Positions 18,120 through 28,364 of a DNA stretch of 64,000 nucleotides are shown here, piece by piece (position 1 is the stretch's first letter; each line of letters starts with the position of its first letter). The stretch is from an uncultured Clostridia bacterium (GTDB lineage Bacteria; Bacillota; Clostridia; Oscillospirales; Acutalibacteraceae): NCBI GenBank assembly GCA_947630285.1, contig CANRHD010000006.1, positions 23,813-87,812 of the forward strand, written 5' to 3'. The notes beneath the pieces were generated by a model. That model had not been told where the DNA came from. It saw only the letters and a list, made by a program, of their open reading frames with translations, and did not search any database. A program made the position numbers and the translations under genes.

Positions 18120-18680
18120 TTATGAAATTACTGGCAAAATGTGAGCGTAAATCGACGGGAGAACGAAAGAGAATGCAACCGAGGTCACAAAGGTTACTCC
18201 CCATTTTTCAAGGTACGCTCCGCAGTAGAGAACGGCAAAAATCGGCGAAGCTATTATCTTTACAAAGAGATTTGTATTTTCGCCGTACAGCAAGCCCTTT
18301 AATGTGATTGCGTCCTCAACCGAGGGAAAAAGGTTTGTCAAAAACGAAACGCCGAGCCACAAGAAGATAAAGTTTACAATGTTCACATAGCCGGACTTTG
18401 TGAAAAATTCGCCCAGATAATAAACATTCATCGAACCTGCGCTCAAAAAAATCATTCCGATTATTAAGCTGAACAGGAACGGGAAAAAGCACACGCCGAA
18501 GCTTGCGCCCCTCCTCTTGATTATTTCGTGGTCCACATGGCCGCACATTTCGTTTGCCGGAATATACCTGCCGTCCTCGATAAGCACCTCATAAAGCCTA
18601 CAGCAAACATGCTCAAAAAAAGCCTTTACATAAGTTCCGATTACCGTAAAGTATTTAATTATAACATACAATACCGTCAT
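18120..18680 (-). CDS. integral membrane protein, function unknown
   Basis: 186 aa with 4-5 hydrophobic helices. Its start overlaps the stop of the upstream gene by 4 nt. Confidence 0.55.
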   Translation of the reverse strand: MTVLYVIIKYFTVIGTYVKAFFEHVCCRLYEVLIEDGRYIPANEMCGHVDHEIIKRRGASFGVCFFPFLFSLIIGMIFLSAGSMNVYYLGEFFTKSGYVNIVNFIFLWLGVSFLTNLFPSVEDAITLKGLLYGENTNLFVKIIASPIFAVLYCGAYLEKWGVTFVTSVAFSFVLPSIYAHILPVIS

Positions 18681-20158
18681 ACTACATCAAAATCTCCCTT
18701 CGTAAAGATTTGCTCCAGGCTTGTTTTGCCGTCCTTATAATCCAAAATTTCCTTGCTTATATCCATATTGCTTTGCTTGAACAGCTCCGCTACCTCGTTG
18801 TAAGTATCGGTATTGTCCGTAGCCGCACTGCAAATGAGCAACAAATTGGCGGTAAGCGGAATTGCGGATTGCTCGTATGCTTCCTCGGCCGCCTTGTATG
18901 CGGCGTCAAGCTCACCTTTAAGGAGATAACATATTGATTTTTGACGCAAAAACTCATATGCGTAAGTATCTTCTTTATCAATGAATTTATTGCAGATTTC
19001 TATTGATTTATCGTAATCGCCTTTAATGCGCAGAGATGTTGCCTCTATCACATCGGCGCTCGAATCATCGGCGTTGACCGCCCTTATCTGCCTGCACAGG
19101 TCGGAAACGCTCCTGTTCGCTTTATTGTAAAGGTCGCCGAGCACCGAGCCGTAAATCCAAGTCATTTCGGGGTACTCGTCCCTGATTTTTTCAAGGAAAG
19201 AAATTTGTGTTTCAATATCCTTTTCGCAAACTACGGCTATATAAAATTCATAGTATAGAATCATGGGCTTGTTGTAGTTTTGAACCTTGATATTGTAGGG
19301 CGAGGTTGTGGAGATCTCCTCCCCCGTCTCCCCGTCGTAGACAGGCATTTCCTTTGCCGGAGCGTCTATAAGAGCCTCAATTTCCTCAATTATTTTATCG
19401 TAGGGTAAATCCTTTACATCTTCGGTATCATATTTATAAAAAATGTCCGTGATAGCCGACTGGGTATTTTGCATTTCAAGCGCTTCAAGCTTTGTTTTGT
19501 AAACGGATTTCAGATGCGGAAGCTTTAACTCCCACTTTTTAAATACATCTTCGTCCAAATCCTTGCTTAAAAATTCGCCCGATTTATAGGCGCAGTCAAA
19601 CGCCCGCTTATATACAAGCTCGCCGTTTACGCCCTCGTCCTTCATCTTTTCTATAGCTATATCGTATGCGGAAGAAGCCGTGTAAAGCCTGTTTTCCCCG
19701 ACATACTTATCGGCCTCCTCGGCGGCGGTATATATGCCTATATTATTTGAAAAAACATAACAGCAATAAAGGCTGAAAACTATCGCAATAAGCGGTACGA
19801 TAATGTTGATAAGCTCAAAGGGATAATGCCTTAAAGCCTTTTCACACTCATAGCAGTAGGGAGAGTCGGGATTTTTCTTGGTTCCCTTTCTGTTTTCGCC
19901 GCAGCACTCACAAAGCTCCTCCTCGGGGATTTCCTCGTCGTCCTCCTCCTGAGAAACAGCCTGAACATCTTCAAGGTCCTGGATAAGCTCTGCGTCGGCA
20001 GGGCTTTCCTCTGCGCCGTCCGCTTCGCTTTGGGCGCTTAACTCCTCCTCTTTTGCCTTGTCAAGCTCCTCCTGAAAGACCCTGGCAAGCTCCTCAAGCT
20101 CTTTTTTGAGCTGTTCGTCCTCGGCGCCGTTTACTTTGTTCTCTTTATTTTCGTCCAA
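18677..20158 (-). CDS. hypothetical protein: acidic N-terminus, C4 zinc ribbon, one TM helix, helical-repeat C-terminus
   Basis: 'CECCGENRKG...CYECEKAL' followed by the TM helix 'LINIIVPLIAIVFSLYCCYVF'. The C-terminus looks TPR-like. Confidence 0.55.
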   Translation of the reverse strand: MDENKENKVNGAEDEQLKKELEELARVFQEELDKAKEEELSAQSEADGAEESPADAELIQDLEDVQAVSQEEDDEEIPEEELCECCGENRKGTKKNPDSPYCYECEKALRHYPFELINIIVPLIAIVFSLYCCYVFSNNIGIYTAAEEADKYVGENRLYTASSAYDIAIEKMKDEGVNGELVYKRAFDCAYKSGEFLSKDLDEDVFKKWELKLPHLKSVYKTKLEALEMQNTQSAITDIFYKYDTEDVKDLPYDKIIEEIEALIDAPAKEMPVYDGETGEEISTTSPYNIKVQNYNKPMILYYEFYIAVVCEKDIETQISFLEKIRDEYPEMTWIYGSVLGDLYNKANRSVSDLCRQIRAVNADDSSADVIEATSLRIKGDYDKSIEICNKFIDKEDTYAYEFLRQKSICYLLKGELDAAYKAAEEAYEQSAIPLTANLLLICSAATDNTDTYNEVAELFKQSNMDISKEILDYKDGKTSLEQIFTKGDFDVV

Positions 20159-20247
20159 GGGTGATACCTCCCCTATTTCTTGTATTTATATTATTATATT
20201 ATCACCTATCGGCATTAATTTCAAACTATGTGCGGTTTCGTTACAAT

Positions 20248-20892
20248 TTATTTACAATTTATTTCATCGAAAAACTCGTCTAAAAATTCGTGCATAAAGC
20301 TGTCCCGTTTTTCCGCCATTTTCTTAGCGGCGTCGGTATTCATCATATCCTTTAGCAAAAACAGTTTTTCATAAAAATGATTAACCGTGGTGGAATTTTC
20401 ATTATTAATGTATTGCTCGCCGTTCATATTGAGAACAGGCTGAATTTTCGGATCGTACATTTTTCTGTTCCTGCTTGCGCCGTAGCAAAAAGCCCTTGCT
20501 ATTCCGACAGCGCCCATTGCGTCAAGCCTGTCTGCGTCCTGCACGCACCTGCCCTCGACCGTTTTCGGCACAATGCAGTCAGTACCCCTGAATGAAATTT
20601 CGGAAATTATGCCGAGTATTTTTTCCGTTTCGCCGATGCTTACATTGTGTGAGAGCAGAAATTGCCTTGCGTTATCCGAATTTTTGTATGTGTCGGGAGA
20701 CAGCTTTCTATCGTCAACATCGTGCAAAACGGCGCACAAGGCTGTTAAATTAATATCCGCATTTTCCGCCTCGGCTAACTTAACTGCGGTTTTATAAACC
20801 CTGAAACTATGGTAATAATCGTGCCCGTCGGCGGAGTTTTCAAAATGTTTTTTTACAAATTCAAGCGCATCGTCTAAAATTCCACAGTCCAT
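20248..20892 (-). CDS. HD-domain phosphohydrolase
   Basis: 'HDYYHSFRVY...LHDVDDRK' HD motif. Confidence 0.8.
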   Translation of the reverse strand: MDCGILDDALEFVKKHFENSADGHDYYHSFRVYKTAVKLAEAENADINLTALCAVLHDVDDRKLSPDTYKNSDNARQFLLSHNVSIGETEKILGIISEISFRGTDCIVPKTVEGRCVQDADRLDAMGAVGIARAFCYGASRNRKMYDPKIQPVLNMNGEQYINNENSTTVNHFYEKLFLLKDMMNTDAAKKMAEKRDSFMHEFLDEFFDEINCK

Positions 20893-20925
20893 ACCGTCAC
20901 CCGAAAATCCGTATATTTTTCTCCA

Positions 20926-21714
20926 TTACAGCTCCTCGCTCAAGGCGCTCAACGACTTTGCAACGAACGAAGCTTTAATTTCGCTTTTTTCGTAAGTCTC
21001 AATATCGGTAACGCCCGTTAAAACAAGCACGGAGCAAACGCCGTTATTCATACCTATGGCAATATCGGTTTCAAGCCTGTCGCCGATAAAGCACAGCTCG
21101 TCCTTTGTGCAGTTAAGCTTTTTTTCAAGGTATTTAACCGTTGTGGACATAGGCTTGCCCATAACCTCGGGATCTCTGCCCGTAGACGCCTTGAAAACCG
21201 CCATTAAAGAGCCGGTATCCGGCATAAAGCCGTCGGAGGTCGGGCAGTTAAAATCCGGATGTGTTGCGATATAACGCTTGCCCTTTGCCAAAAAGGAACA
21301 CGCCCTGTTGATTTTATCGTAAGTCAGCGTGGTGTCGAAGCCGAGCACAACTATATCGGGATTTTGGCTGTCCAATTTTATACCGGCGTTTATAAAATCG
21401 TTTGTGAGCCTTTCGTTGCCCAAAAGATAAACGCTTTGGCCTTTACAGTTTTCTTTGAGAAAATCTATTGTGACATGGGAAGAAATAACTATCTGACCGT
21501 CTTGGACATCGCACCCCATATTGTGAAGCTTTGCCTTGCAAACCTCAACATTGTTTGAAGAATTGTTTGTAAAAAAGCAGTAGTCCTTACCGCATTCTCT
21601 CACCCTCTTTAAGAAGTCAAGAGAGCCGTCGATTATATTTCCGTCAAGATAAAATGTGCCGTCCATATCAATGATAAAATATTTGATTTTTTCAAACAGC
21701 TTGTTTTTAACCAT
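20926..21714 (-). CDS. HAD-IIA family sugar-phosphate phosphatase (NagD-like)
   Basis: 'FIIDMDGTFYLDGN' motif I and 'GDRLETDIAIG' motif IV. Confidence 0.8.
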   Translation of the reverse strand: MVKNKLFEKIKYFIIDMDGTFYLDGNIIDGSLDFLKRVRECGKDYCFFTNNSSNNVEVCKAKLHNMGCDVQDGQIVISSHVTIDFLKENCKGQSVYLLGNERLTNDFINAGIKLDSQNPDIVVLGFDTTLTYDKINRACSFLAKGKRYIATHPDFNCPTSDGFMPDTGSLMAVFKASTGRDPEVMGKPMSTTVKYLEKKLNCTKDELCFIGDRLETDIAIGMNNGVCSVLVLTGVTDIETYEKSEIKASFVAKSLSALSEEL

Positions 21715-21831
21715 ATGTTTTCCCCCAAAATAAATTACCTATGTAATTTTACATTTTTAACAGGCCAAAGTCAATAAATTTACGGTAGATTTTACCCAGA
21801 TGATATGGTAGAATAATCAATAAGGAGTGAG

Positions 21832-22593
21832 ATGATGAAAAAATTTATTTCGTGGAATGTAAACGGAATACGAGCCGTTATGAATAAGGATTTTCTTGAG
21901 AGCTTCAACGCCCTTGACGCCGACGCTTTCTGCCTGCAGGAAACCAAGGTTCAGCAGGGTCAGATTGACTTTGCGCCGGAGGGTTATCACTGTTATTGGA
22001 ATTACGCAGAAAAAAAGGGCTATTCGGGCACGGCCATTTTCACAAAGGACGAGCCTGTTTCCGTTACCTACGGCATAAACCAGGCGTTTTATGACAACGA
22101 GGGCAGGGTTATAACGCTTGAATTTGAAAACTATTACCTTGTCAACTGCTACACTCCAAACTCGCAGGACGGGCTTCGCAGGCTTGAATACAGAATGTCA
22201 TGGGAGGATCTTTTCAGGAAATATATACTTTCGCTTGACAGAAAAAAGCCCGTAATCTTCTGCGGAGACCTTAATGTGGCGCACAATGAAATAGACCTCA
22301 AGAACCCAAAGACGAACAGAATGAACCCCGGCTTTACCGACGAGGAACGGGAAAAGATGACAACGCTTCTCGGCTGTGGGTTTATAGATACATTCAGATT
22401 TTTTTACCCCGATACCGAGCAGGCGTATTCCTGGTGGAGCTACCGTATGAAAGCGAGAGAGAGGAACGCAGGGTGGAGAATTGACTATTTTATCGTCTCC
22501 GAAAGGCTCAACGAAAAGCTAAAAGGCGCTTCGATACATTCCGAAATTTACGGCTCCGACCACTGTCCCGTTGAGCTTCTCATTGAAATATGA
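21832..22593 (+). CDS. xth: exodeoxyribonuclease III
   Basis: 'SWNVNGIRA', 'CLQETK', 'GDLNVAHNEIDL' and 'GSDHCPV' ExoIII/AP-endonuclease motifs. Confidence 0.92.
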   Translation: MMKKFISWNVNGIRAVMNKDFLESFNALDADAFCLQETKVQQGQIDFAPEGYHCYWNYAEKKGYSGTAIFTKDEPVSVTYGINQAFYDNEGRVITLEFENYYLVNCYTPNSQDGLRRLEYRMSWEDLFRKYILSLDRKKPVIFCGDLNVAHNEIDLKNPKTNRMNPGFTDEEREKMTTLLGCGFIDTFRFFYPDTEQAYSWWSYRMKARERNAGWRIDYFIVSERLNEKLKGASIHSEIYGSDHCPVELLIEI

Positions 22594-22622
22594 GGGTTAT
22601 ATAATTTTTTGCAAAAACCGAA

Positions 22623-22659
22623 GCCGGCGTTCTTTTTGAGAACGCCGGCCCTTTATTTT
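22623..22659. terminator. bidirectional intrinsic terminator
   Basis: GCCGGCGTTCT/AGAACGCCGGC hairpin with T-runs on both strands, between convergent xth and hydA. Confidence 0.75.
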
Positions 22660-22673
22660 GCCCTATTATTTTA

Positions 22674-24416
22674 TCAATTATATTTTTTCCTTGCAACATA
22701 TGAGGTGTGAAGAATCTCATGCGCCTTATGACTGCCGGGCTTTTCAAGATATGTGTCGTAAAGCTCTTTGATTGCGGAGTTTTCGTGAGACATTCTCTTT
22801 TTGTTTTCCTTGTCGGCTTTGTAAAGCACTTCGGCCCTTCTTGCCTTAAGGTCGATAAAATTGTGAACAACCGCATGCTGTATAGGCTGACCGCCGCCGT
22901 TAATACAGCCGCCGGGGCAACCCATTATCTCAACGAAAAGATAATTGCTCTCGCCGCTCTTAATCTTATCCATAATGACCTTGGCGTTCTTTGTACCGCT
23001 TGCAACCGCAACCTTAACATCAAGGTTGCCTACCTTGTAATCGGCCTCCTTGATATTATCCATACCTCTTACCGCCTCAAAATCGGGGTTGGGAGCGTCC
23101 TTGCCCGTTATCATCTTAACGGCTGTACGAAGCGCCGCCTCCATAACGCCGCCCGTTGTGCCGAAGATTGTAGCCGCACCCGTTGACTCGCCGAAAGGAT
23201 TGTCAAACTCTTCATCGGGAAGATGATTAAAGTAAATGCCTGCGCTCTCAATCATTCTTGCAAGCTCACGGGTCGTAAGGGCAATATCCACATCGGGATA
23301 ACCCGAAGCGGCCTGATTGGGCCTTTTTGTCTCAAATTTCTTTGCGGTACAGGGCATAATTCCGACAACTACCATATCCTTGGGGTCGATACCCATCTTC
23401 TCGGCGTAATATGTTTTCATTGTTGCGCCGAACATCTGCTGGGGTGATTTGCAGGTTGAAAGATGCGGAATAAGCTCCGGATAATAATGCTCGCAGTACT
23501 TGATCCAGCCGGGCGAACAGGAGGTTATCATAGGAAGAACTCCGCCGTTCTTAACCCTTTCTACAAGCTCGTTTGCCTCTTCCATAATGGTGAGGTCGGC
23601 GGCAAAATCCGTATCGAATACCTTATCGAAGCCGAGTCTGCGCAGAGCCGCAACCATTTTGCCCTCAACATTTGTGCCTATGTGCATACCGAACGCTTCG
23701 CCGAGAGTTGCACGGATAGAAGGCGCAGTATTGACGATAACAAACTTTTTGGGGTCGTTGATAGCGGCAAGCACCTTGTCGGTGTCGTCCTTTTCAACGA
23801 TAGCGCCTGTAGGACAGTTTACGATACACTGACCGCAGGAGATGCAGGAAACATCTGCGAGGTCCTTATCGAACGCAGAGGAAACATGAGTGTCAAAGCC
23901 TCTGGCGTTTGCGCCGATTACGCTTATGCCCTGATTGTCGCAGGCCGCAATACAGCGGCGGCAAAGTATGCACTTGTTGTTGTCCCTTATCATATGTGCG
24001 GCCGAGTCGTCAAATTCGTAATGAATTACCTCGCCCTGATAATAGTCGGGTTTGTCTACGCCGAATTCCTTGCAGAGCTTCTGAAGCTCACAGTTGCCGC
24101 TCCTTACACAGGCAAGGCAGTTCTTGTCGTGTGTTGAAAGGATAAGCTCAAGGGTCGTTTTGCGTGAATGACGCACTCTTTCGGAGTTCGTATAAATCTC
24201 CATTCCCTCGTTTACGGGGAATACGCAGGCAGAAACGAGGCTTCTTGCGCCCACTACCTCTACCATACAGATACGGCAAGCGCCGATTTCGTTAATATCC
24301 TTTAAATAGCAAAGCGTCGGAATTTCAATCCCGGCATATCTTGCCGCCTCAAGAATTGAAATACCTGCCGGCACGCTTAAGGGCATGCCGTTAATTTTAA
24401 TATTTACATTACCCAT
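22674..24416 (-). CDS. hydA: [FeFe]-hydrogenase catalytic subunit (HydA/HndD type)
   Basis: N-terminal 2Fe-2S and 4Fe-4S domains. H-cluster motifs 'TSCSPGW', 'MPCTAKKFE' and 'EIMGCPGGCINGGG'. AAGGAG RBS before the ATG at 24416. Confidence 0.93.
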   Translation of the reverse strand: MGNVNIKINGMPLSVPAGISILEAARYAGIEIPTLCYLKDINEIGACRICMVEVVGARSLVSACVFPVNEGMEIYTNSERVRHSRKTTLELILSTHDKNCLACVRSGNCELQKLCKEFGVDKPDYYQGEVIHYEFDDSAAHMIRDNNKCILCRRCIAACDNQGISVIGANARGFDTHVSSAFDKDLADVSCISCGQCIVNCPTGAIVEKDDTDKVLAAINDPKKFVIVNTAPSIRATLGEAFGMHIGTNVEGKMVAALRRLGFDKVFDTDFAADLTIMEEANELVERVKNGGVLPMITSCSPGWIKYCEHYYPELIPHLSTCKSPQQMFGATMKTYYAEKMGIDPKDMVVVGIMPCTAKKFETKRPNQAASGYPDVDIALTTRELARMIESAGIYFNHLPDEEFDNPFGESTGAATIFGTTGGVMEAALRTAVKMITGKDAPNPDFEAVRGMDNIKEADYKVGNLDVKVAVASGTKNAKVIMDKIKSGESNYLFVEIMGCPGGCINGGGQPIQHAVVHNFIDLKARRAEVLYKADKENKKRMSHENSAIKELYDTYLEKPGSHKAHEILHTSYVARKKYN

Positions 24417-24429
24417 AGTGGCACACTCC

Positions 24430-26250
24430 TTATTCTTTAACAACAGCTTTAAACTTACAGGTTGAGATACATGCTCCGCACTTTATGCACTTAGAAGCGT
24501 CAATGGCGTAAGCCGGCTTTTTCTTGCCTGGCGCAACATAATCGGTAACGCTGATTGCCTCCGCCGGACACTGCCTGGCGCACATACCGCAGCCGAAGCA
24601 GGAGTCCTTAACTATCTTGTAAGTGAGAAGGTCTTTACATACGCCTGCAACGCATTTCTTATCGACAACATGCGATATGTACTCTTCCCTGAAGAATTTA
24701 AGTGTTGCAAGGACGGGGTTGGGAGCGGTCTGACCCAAACCGCAAAGCGAATTGTCCTTAATGTAATAGCAAAGCTCTTCAAGCTTATCTATGTCCTCAA
24801 GCGTTCCCTTGCCCGATGTGATTTTGTCAAGGATTTCAAGCAGTCTCCTTGTACCCACACGGCAGGGAGTACATTTACCGCAGGATTCGTCAACCGTGAA
24901 GTTCAAAAAGAACTTGGCTATATCGACCATACAGTTGTCCTCGTCCATTACGATAAGTCCGCCCGAACCCATCATACAGCCTATAGCGGTAAGGTTGTCG
25001 TAGTCAATGGGAGTATCCATAAGAGACGCCGGAATACAGCCGCCGGAGGGTCCGCCCGTCTGTGCGGCCTTGAATTTCTTTCCGCCCTGGATACCTCCGC
25101 CGATGTCCTCGATAACCTCACGGAGGGTTGTTCCCATGGGAACCTCGATAAGGCCCGTATTTTTAATTTTACCGCCGAGTGCGAATACCTTGGTGCCCTT
25201 TGATTTTTCGGTACCCATTGAAGCAAACCAATCGGCGCCCTTTAAAATAATCTGCGGAACATTTGCAAATGTTTCAACATTGTTTTCCGTTGTGGGCTTT
25301 CCGAAAAGTCCCTTAACTGCCGGATAAGGCGGTCTGGGTCTGGGCTCGCCCCTATTGCCCTCGATCGAGGTCATAAGAGCCGTTTCCTCGCCGCATACAA
25401 ATGCGCCTGCGCCGAGCCTTACATGAAGGTCAAAGTCAAAGCCGGAATTGAAAATGTTTTTGCCCAAAAGTCCGTATTCCCTTGCCTGCTTGATAGCGAT
25501 TTTCAAACGCTCAACGGCTATGGGGTACTCGGCACGGACATATACATAGCCCTCGGTAGCTCCCGTTGCATAGCCGCATATTGCCATGGCCTCAACTATA
25601 CAGTGGGGATCGCCCTCAAGAACCGAACGGTCCATAAATGCGCCGGGGTCGCCCTCGTCGGCGTTGCAGACAACATATTTCTGATCCGCCTTATTTGCCG
25701 CCGTGAAGCTCCACTTTTTGCCTGTGGGGAATCCGCCGCCGCCTCGGCCTCTCAGACCCGAATCCGAAATAACCTTGACAACCTCTTCGGGCGTCATCTC
25801 CGTGAGAGCCTTACCAAGAGCCGCATAGCCGTCCATGGCTATATACTCGTCAATGTTTTCGGGGTTTATAACGCCGCAGTTGCGAAGCGCAACCCTCTTC
25901 TGTGTTTTGTAGAAGGTGGTATCGTTAAGGGAAACATTCGTAATTTCTTCCTTAACGCTATCATCGACATCGGAATAAACGAGTCTTTCAACAACACGGC
26001 CTTTGAGAAGATGCTCTGAAACTATCTCGGCAACATCGTCCTTTTGTACCCTGCTGTAGAATGTACCGTCGGGATAGACGATAACAACGGGACCCAAGGC
26101 GCAAAGGCCGAAACAGCCGGTTCTTACTATCTTGACTTCCTCTGAAAGACCGTTCTCTTTGATACGGTTTTCAAATTCTTCGATAAGAACCTTACTGCCT
26201 GATGATGTACAGCCTGTACCGCCGCATATCAGAACCTGGGAACGAATCAT
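24430..26250 (-). CDS. hydB: NuoF-like flavoprotein subunit of bifurcating hydrogenase (HydB/HndC)
   Basis: 'GLRGRGGGGFPTGKKW' FMN/NADH site, an N-terminal thioredoxin-like 2Fe-2S domain and C-terminal 2x[4Fe-4S]. GGAGG RBS before the ATG at 26250. Confidence 0.92.
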   Translation of the reverse strand: MIRSQVLICGGTGCTSSGSKVLIEEFENRIKENGLSEEVKIVRTGCFGLCALGPVVIVYPDGTFYSRVQKDDVAEIVSEHLLKGRVVERLVYSDVDDSVKEEITNVSLNDTTFYKTQKRVALRNCGVINPENIDEYIAMDGYAALGKALTEMTPEEVVKVISDSGLRGRGGGGFPTGKKWSFTAANKADQKYVVCNADEGDPGAFMDRSVLEGDPHCIVEAMAICGYATGATEGYVYVRAEYPIAVERLKIAIKQAREYGLLGKNIFNSGFDFDLHVRLGAGAFVCGEETALMTSIEGNRGEPRPRPPYPAVKGLFGKPTTENNVETFANVPQIILKGADWFASMGTEKSKGTKVFALGGKIKNTGLIEVPMGTTLREVIEDIGGGIQGGKKFKAAQTGGPSGGCIPASLMDTPIDYDNLTAIGCMMGSGGLIVMDEDNCMVDIAKFFLNFTVDESCGKCTPCRVGTRRLLEILDKITSGKGTLEDIDKLEELCYYIKDNSLCGLGQTAPNPVLATLKFFREEYISHVVDKKCVAGVCKDLLTYKIVKDSCFGCGMCARQCPAEAISVTDYVAPGKKKPAYAIDASKCIKCGACISTCKFKAVVKE

Positions 26251-26298
26251 ATTTTTTACCTCCAATTTATATGCAATCGAATAATTAACTATTTAAAA

Positions 26299-26664
26299 TC
26301 AGGAGTTGGAAATTGTATATTCCGCAACTACATTGCCGCCCTTGAGATGCTTTTCAACAACCTCCTTGGCTTTTTCGGCAGTCATTTTGACATAGGTTAC
26401 CTTTTCCTTACCCGCCTCAAATACTTCAACAACGGGTTCGTACTGGCAGATGCCGATACAGCCTGTCTGCGTAACCATAACCTTTCCCGAAAGTCCCTCT
26501 TTGTCAACTTCCTCAACAAAGGCGTTGAGAACAGGTCTTGCGCCGGCCGCGATACCGCAGGTTGCCATACCTACAACAACCCTGATATCCTCACTGCCCT
26601 CACGCATAACAACCTTATTCTGCATTTTTTCCTTGATTGCTGCAAGCTCAGCTAATGACTTCAT
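26299..26664 (-). CDS. thioredoxin-like [2Fe-2S] ferredoxin (HndB-like)
   Basis: 121 aa with 'ATCGIAAGA...TGCIGICQYEP'. Confidence 0.75.
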   Translation of the reverse strand: MKSLAELAAIKEKMQNKVVMREGSEDIRVVVGMATCGIAAGARPVLNAFVEEVDKEGLSGKVMVTQTGCIGICQYEPVVEVFEAGKEKVTYVKMTAEKAKEVVEKHLKGGNVVAEYTISNS

Positions 26665-26720
26665 TTTTATCTTTTCCTTTCATATAATATAAACTTTTAA
26701 TATTATTTTCAAGAGAAAAA

Positions 26721-27272
26721 TCATGCCATTTCGGCATATGCTTCCTCAAGATAACCCTTTATCCAGATGATAACCTCCGTATTGTCAAGAGGCACATCAC
26801 CCAAAACCGCTTTAAGCTCGTCTGTATCAAGACTTACCTCGCCCCGGGGGCAGGTGTGGACAAACACCCAATGTATATCGGGACTGCCCTGAATAAGCGT
26901 TACAAGCGTTGAAACTATGTCGCCCAAAGGCGTAAAATCTATGCTGTTTTTATTAAATACCGCCCGAGTTACCGTGCCGTGAGCATCGGGATATTCGCTT
27001 TTGTGCTTTGATTTAATGGAAAAGCTTCCGCCCGTCTGCTCCGCAGCAAGCTTCAGAAACGGTATTCCCATTCCCACCTTGCGTGTGGTTCTTGTAGTGC
27101 TGAAAGGGTCGGTCACGGTTTTGAGGAAATCCTCCTTCATTCCGCAGCCGTTGTCCGAAATACTCATTTCAAAGCTTTCGTCCGTTTCGGCAAGCGTTAT
27201 TTTTACCGTATCCGCCTCCGCCTTAACGGAATTCATAGCTATATCGAGTATATTAAGCGACAGTTCCTTCAT
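26721..27272 (-). CDS. GHKL-type ATPase domain protein
   Basis: 'LNILDIAMNSV...ISDNGCGM...GMGIPFL' HATPase_c motifs. No H-box. Confidence 0.7.
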   Translation of the reverse strand: MKELSLNILDIAMNSVKAEADTVKITLAETDESFEMSISDNGCGMKEDFLKTVTDPFSTTRTTRKVGMGIPFLKLAAEQTGGSFSIKSKHKSEYPDAHGTVTRAVFNKNSIDFTPLGDIVSTLVTLIQGSPDIHWVFVHTCPRGEVSLDTDELKAVLGDVPLDNTEVIIWIKGYLEEAYAEMA

Positions 27273-27273
27273 A

Positions 27274-28005
27274 CTAATTCACCAATAATTCAAACAGCCG
27301 TTTCCGTACCAAATCACTGCTGTACGGTTCATCGTCTATAATAAAGTATTCTTTCTTTTCTTTTATATTCCATAAATAATGGGCGTCCGAGGACACTATT
27401 ATTTTTTTGCCGGAAACCTCGGGGTATTTCTTTGAATACTCCTGAATATTTCCGCTGTCGTGAAACTCTGCGGCCGTAAAGCCGCTGTCGGGCGGAAAAT
27501 CACCGAGAGTGGCGATAATTCCGTTTGCCTCCCTGTCAATATGGGCAGGGTAGCAAAATCCCCCGTACCTTTTGACAAGCCCGGGCGCCTGTTCGACCGT
27601 AATGTCGGTTGCGTTTGGCAAAAAGAAATCATCGGTACCGACAAGCTCGTCGTTTTCGTCAAGTATAAGCTGATTGCCGAAAATATCCGTTCTGTTCGGA
27701 TATTTAATTCTGTGCAAATCCACCGTATTGTCAAATTCCATTGCGGCCTCAAGCTCCGGAAAAAGGCATACTATATGAATGTCCTCCGCCGTGGTAAGCT
27801 CCATTCCGGCAATGGGAATTATTCCGTTTTTCTTCGCCGCCTTAAAAAATGCCGGGCAGTTTTTTGAAGTGTTATGGTCGGTAAGGGCCATTATATTAAG
27901 ACCGTTGAGCACCCCCATACCTGCGATATTGTTCGGGGTCATATCGTCGTCGCCGCAGGGTGAAAGACAGGAGTGCATATGCAAATCATAATAATACTTA
28001 TTCAT
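27274..28005 (-). CDS. PHP-domain phosphoesterase
   Basis: 'YYDLHMHSCLSPCGDDDMT...ALTDHN' PHP metal-binding motifs. Confidence 0.8.
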   Translation of the reverse strand: MNKYYYDLHMHSCLSPCGDDDMTPNNIAGMGVLNGLNIMALTDHNTSKNCPAFFKAAKKNGIIPIAGMELTTAEDIHIVCLFPELEAAMEFDNTVDLHRIKYPNRTDIFGNQLILDENDELVGTDDFFLPNATDITVEQAPGLVKRYGGFCYPAHIDREANGIIATLGDFPPDSGFTAAEFHDSGNIQEYSKKYPEVSGKKIIVSSDAHYLWNIKEKKEYFIIDDEPYSSDLVRKRLFELLVN

Positions 28006-28364
28006 ATCAGTTCATGCACGGCAACAGCCGTTTCATATGTTCTTTTGTCCGACAGCAAAATGTTTACTCCCTTTTCAAGGGCAACTTTTATAATTTCGCT
28101 GTCAACGGTTACGCCCTCTGCAAGTATTATACAGGAAACATCGGTTAAGGTTGCCACGGCGATTATATTGATATTTGACATAATGGTTATCCAGACGCTG
28201 TCCTCCTGCGCCCTGCCCATTACCCAGCTTAACAAATCGCCGATATAACAGCCGTCTATCTCCCGTTCGGGCCGAGGCATTGAAACAGCCTTAAAACCGC
28301 ATTTTTCAACAAGCTCATTTACCGTCATCTGTCTCCCCCGTTTTACCTGCGTTTTCAAGAACAC
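28002..28364 (-). CDS. DRTGG-domain protein
   Basis: 120 aa with 'GDLLSWVM...IIAVATL'. A paralogue lies at 30026..30385. Confidence 0.6.
   Translation of the reverse strand: MFLKTQVKRGRQMTVNELVEKCGFKAVSMPRPEREIDGCYIGDLLSWVMGRAQEDSVWITIMSNINIIAVATLTDVSCIILAEGVTVDSEIIKVALEKGVNILLSDKRTYETAVAVHELI

Noticed and set aside
22707-26019. Numerous 70-220-aa plus-strand ORFs antisense to hydA and hydB, and similar antisense ORFs within lepA, obg, hsdR and GH3.
   Set aside because: They lie entirely inside long, motif-rich genes on the opposite strand and lack RBSs. They are typical shadow ORFs of GC-richer coding DNA.
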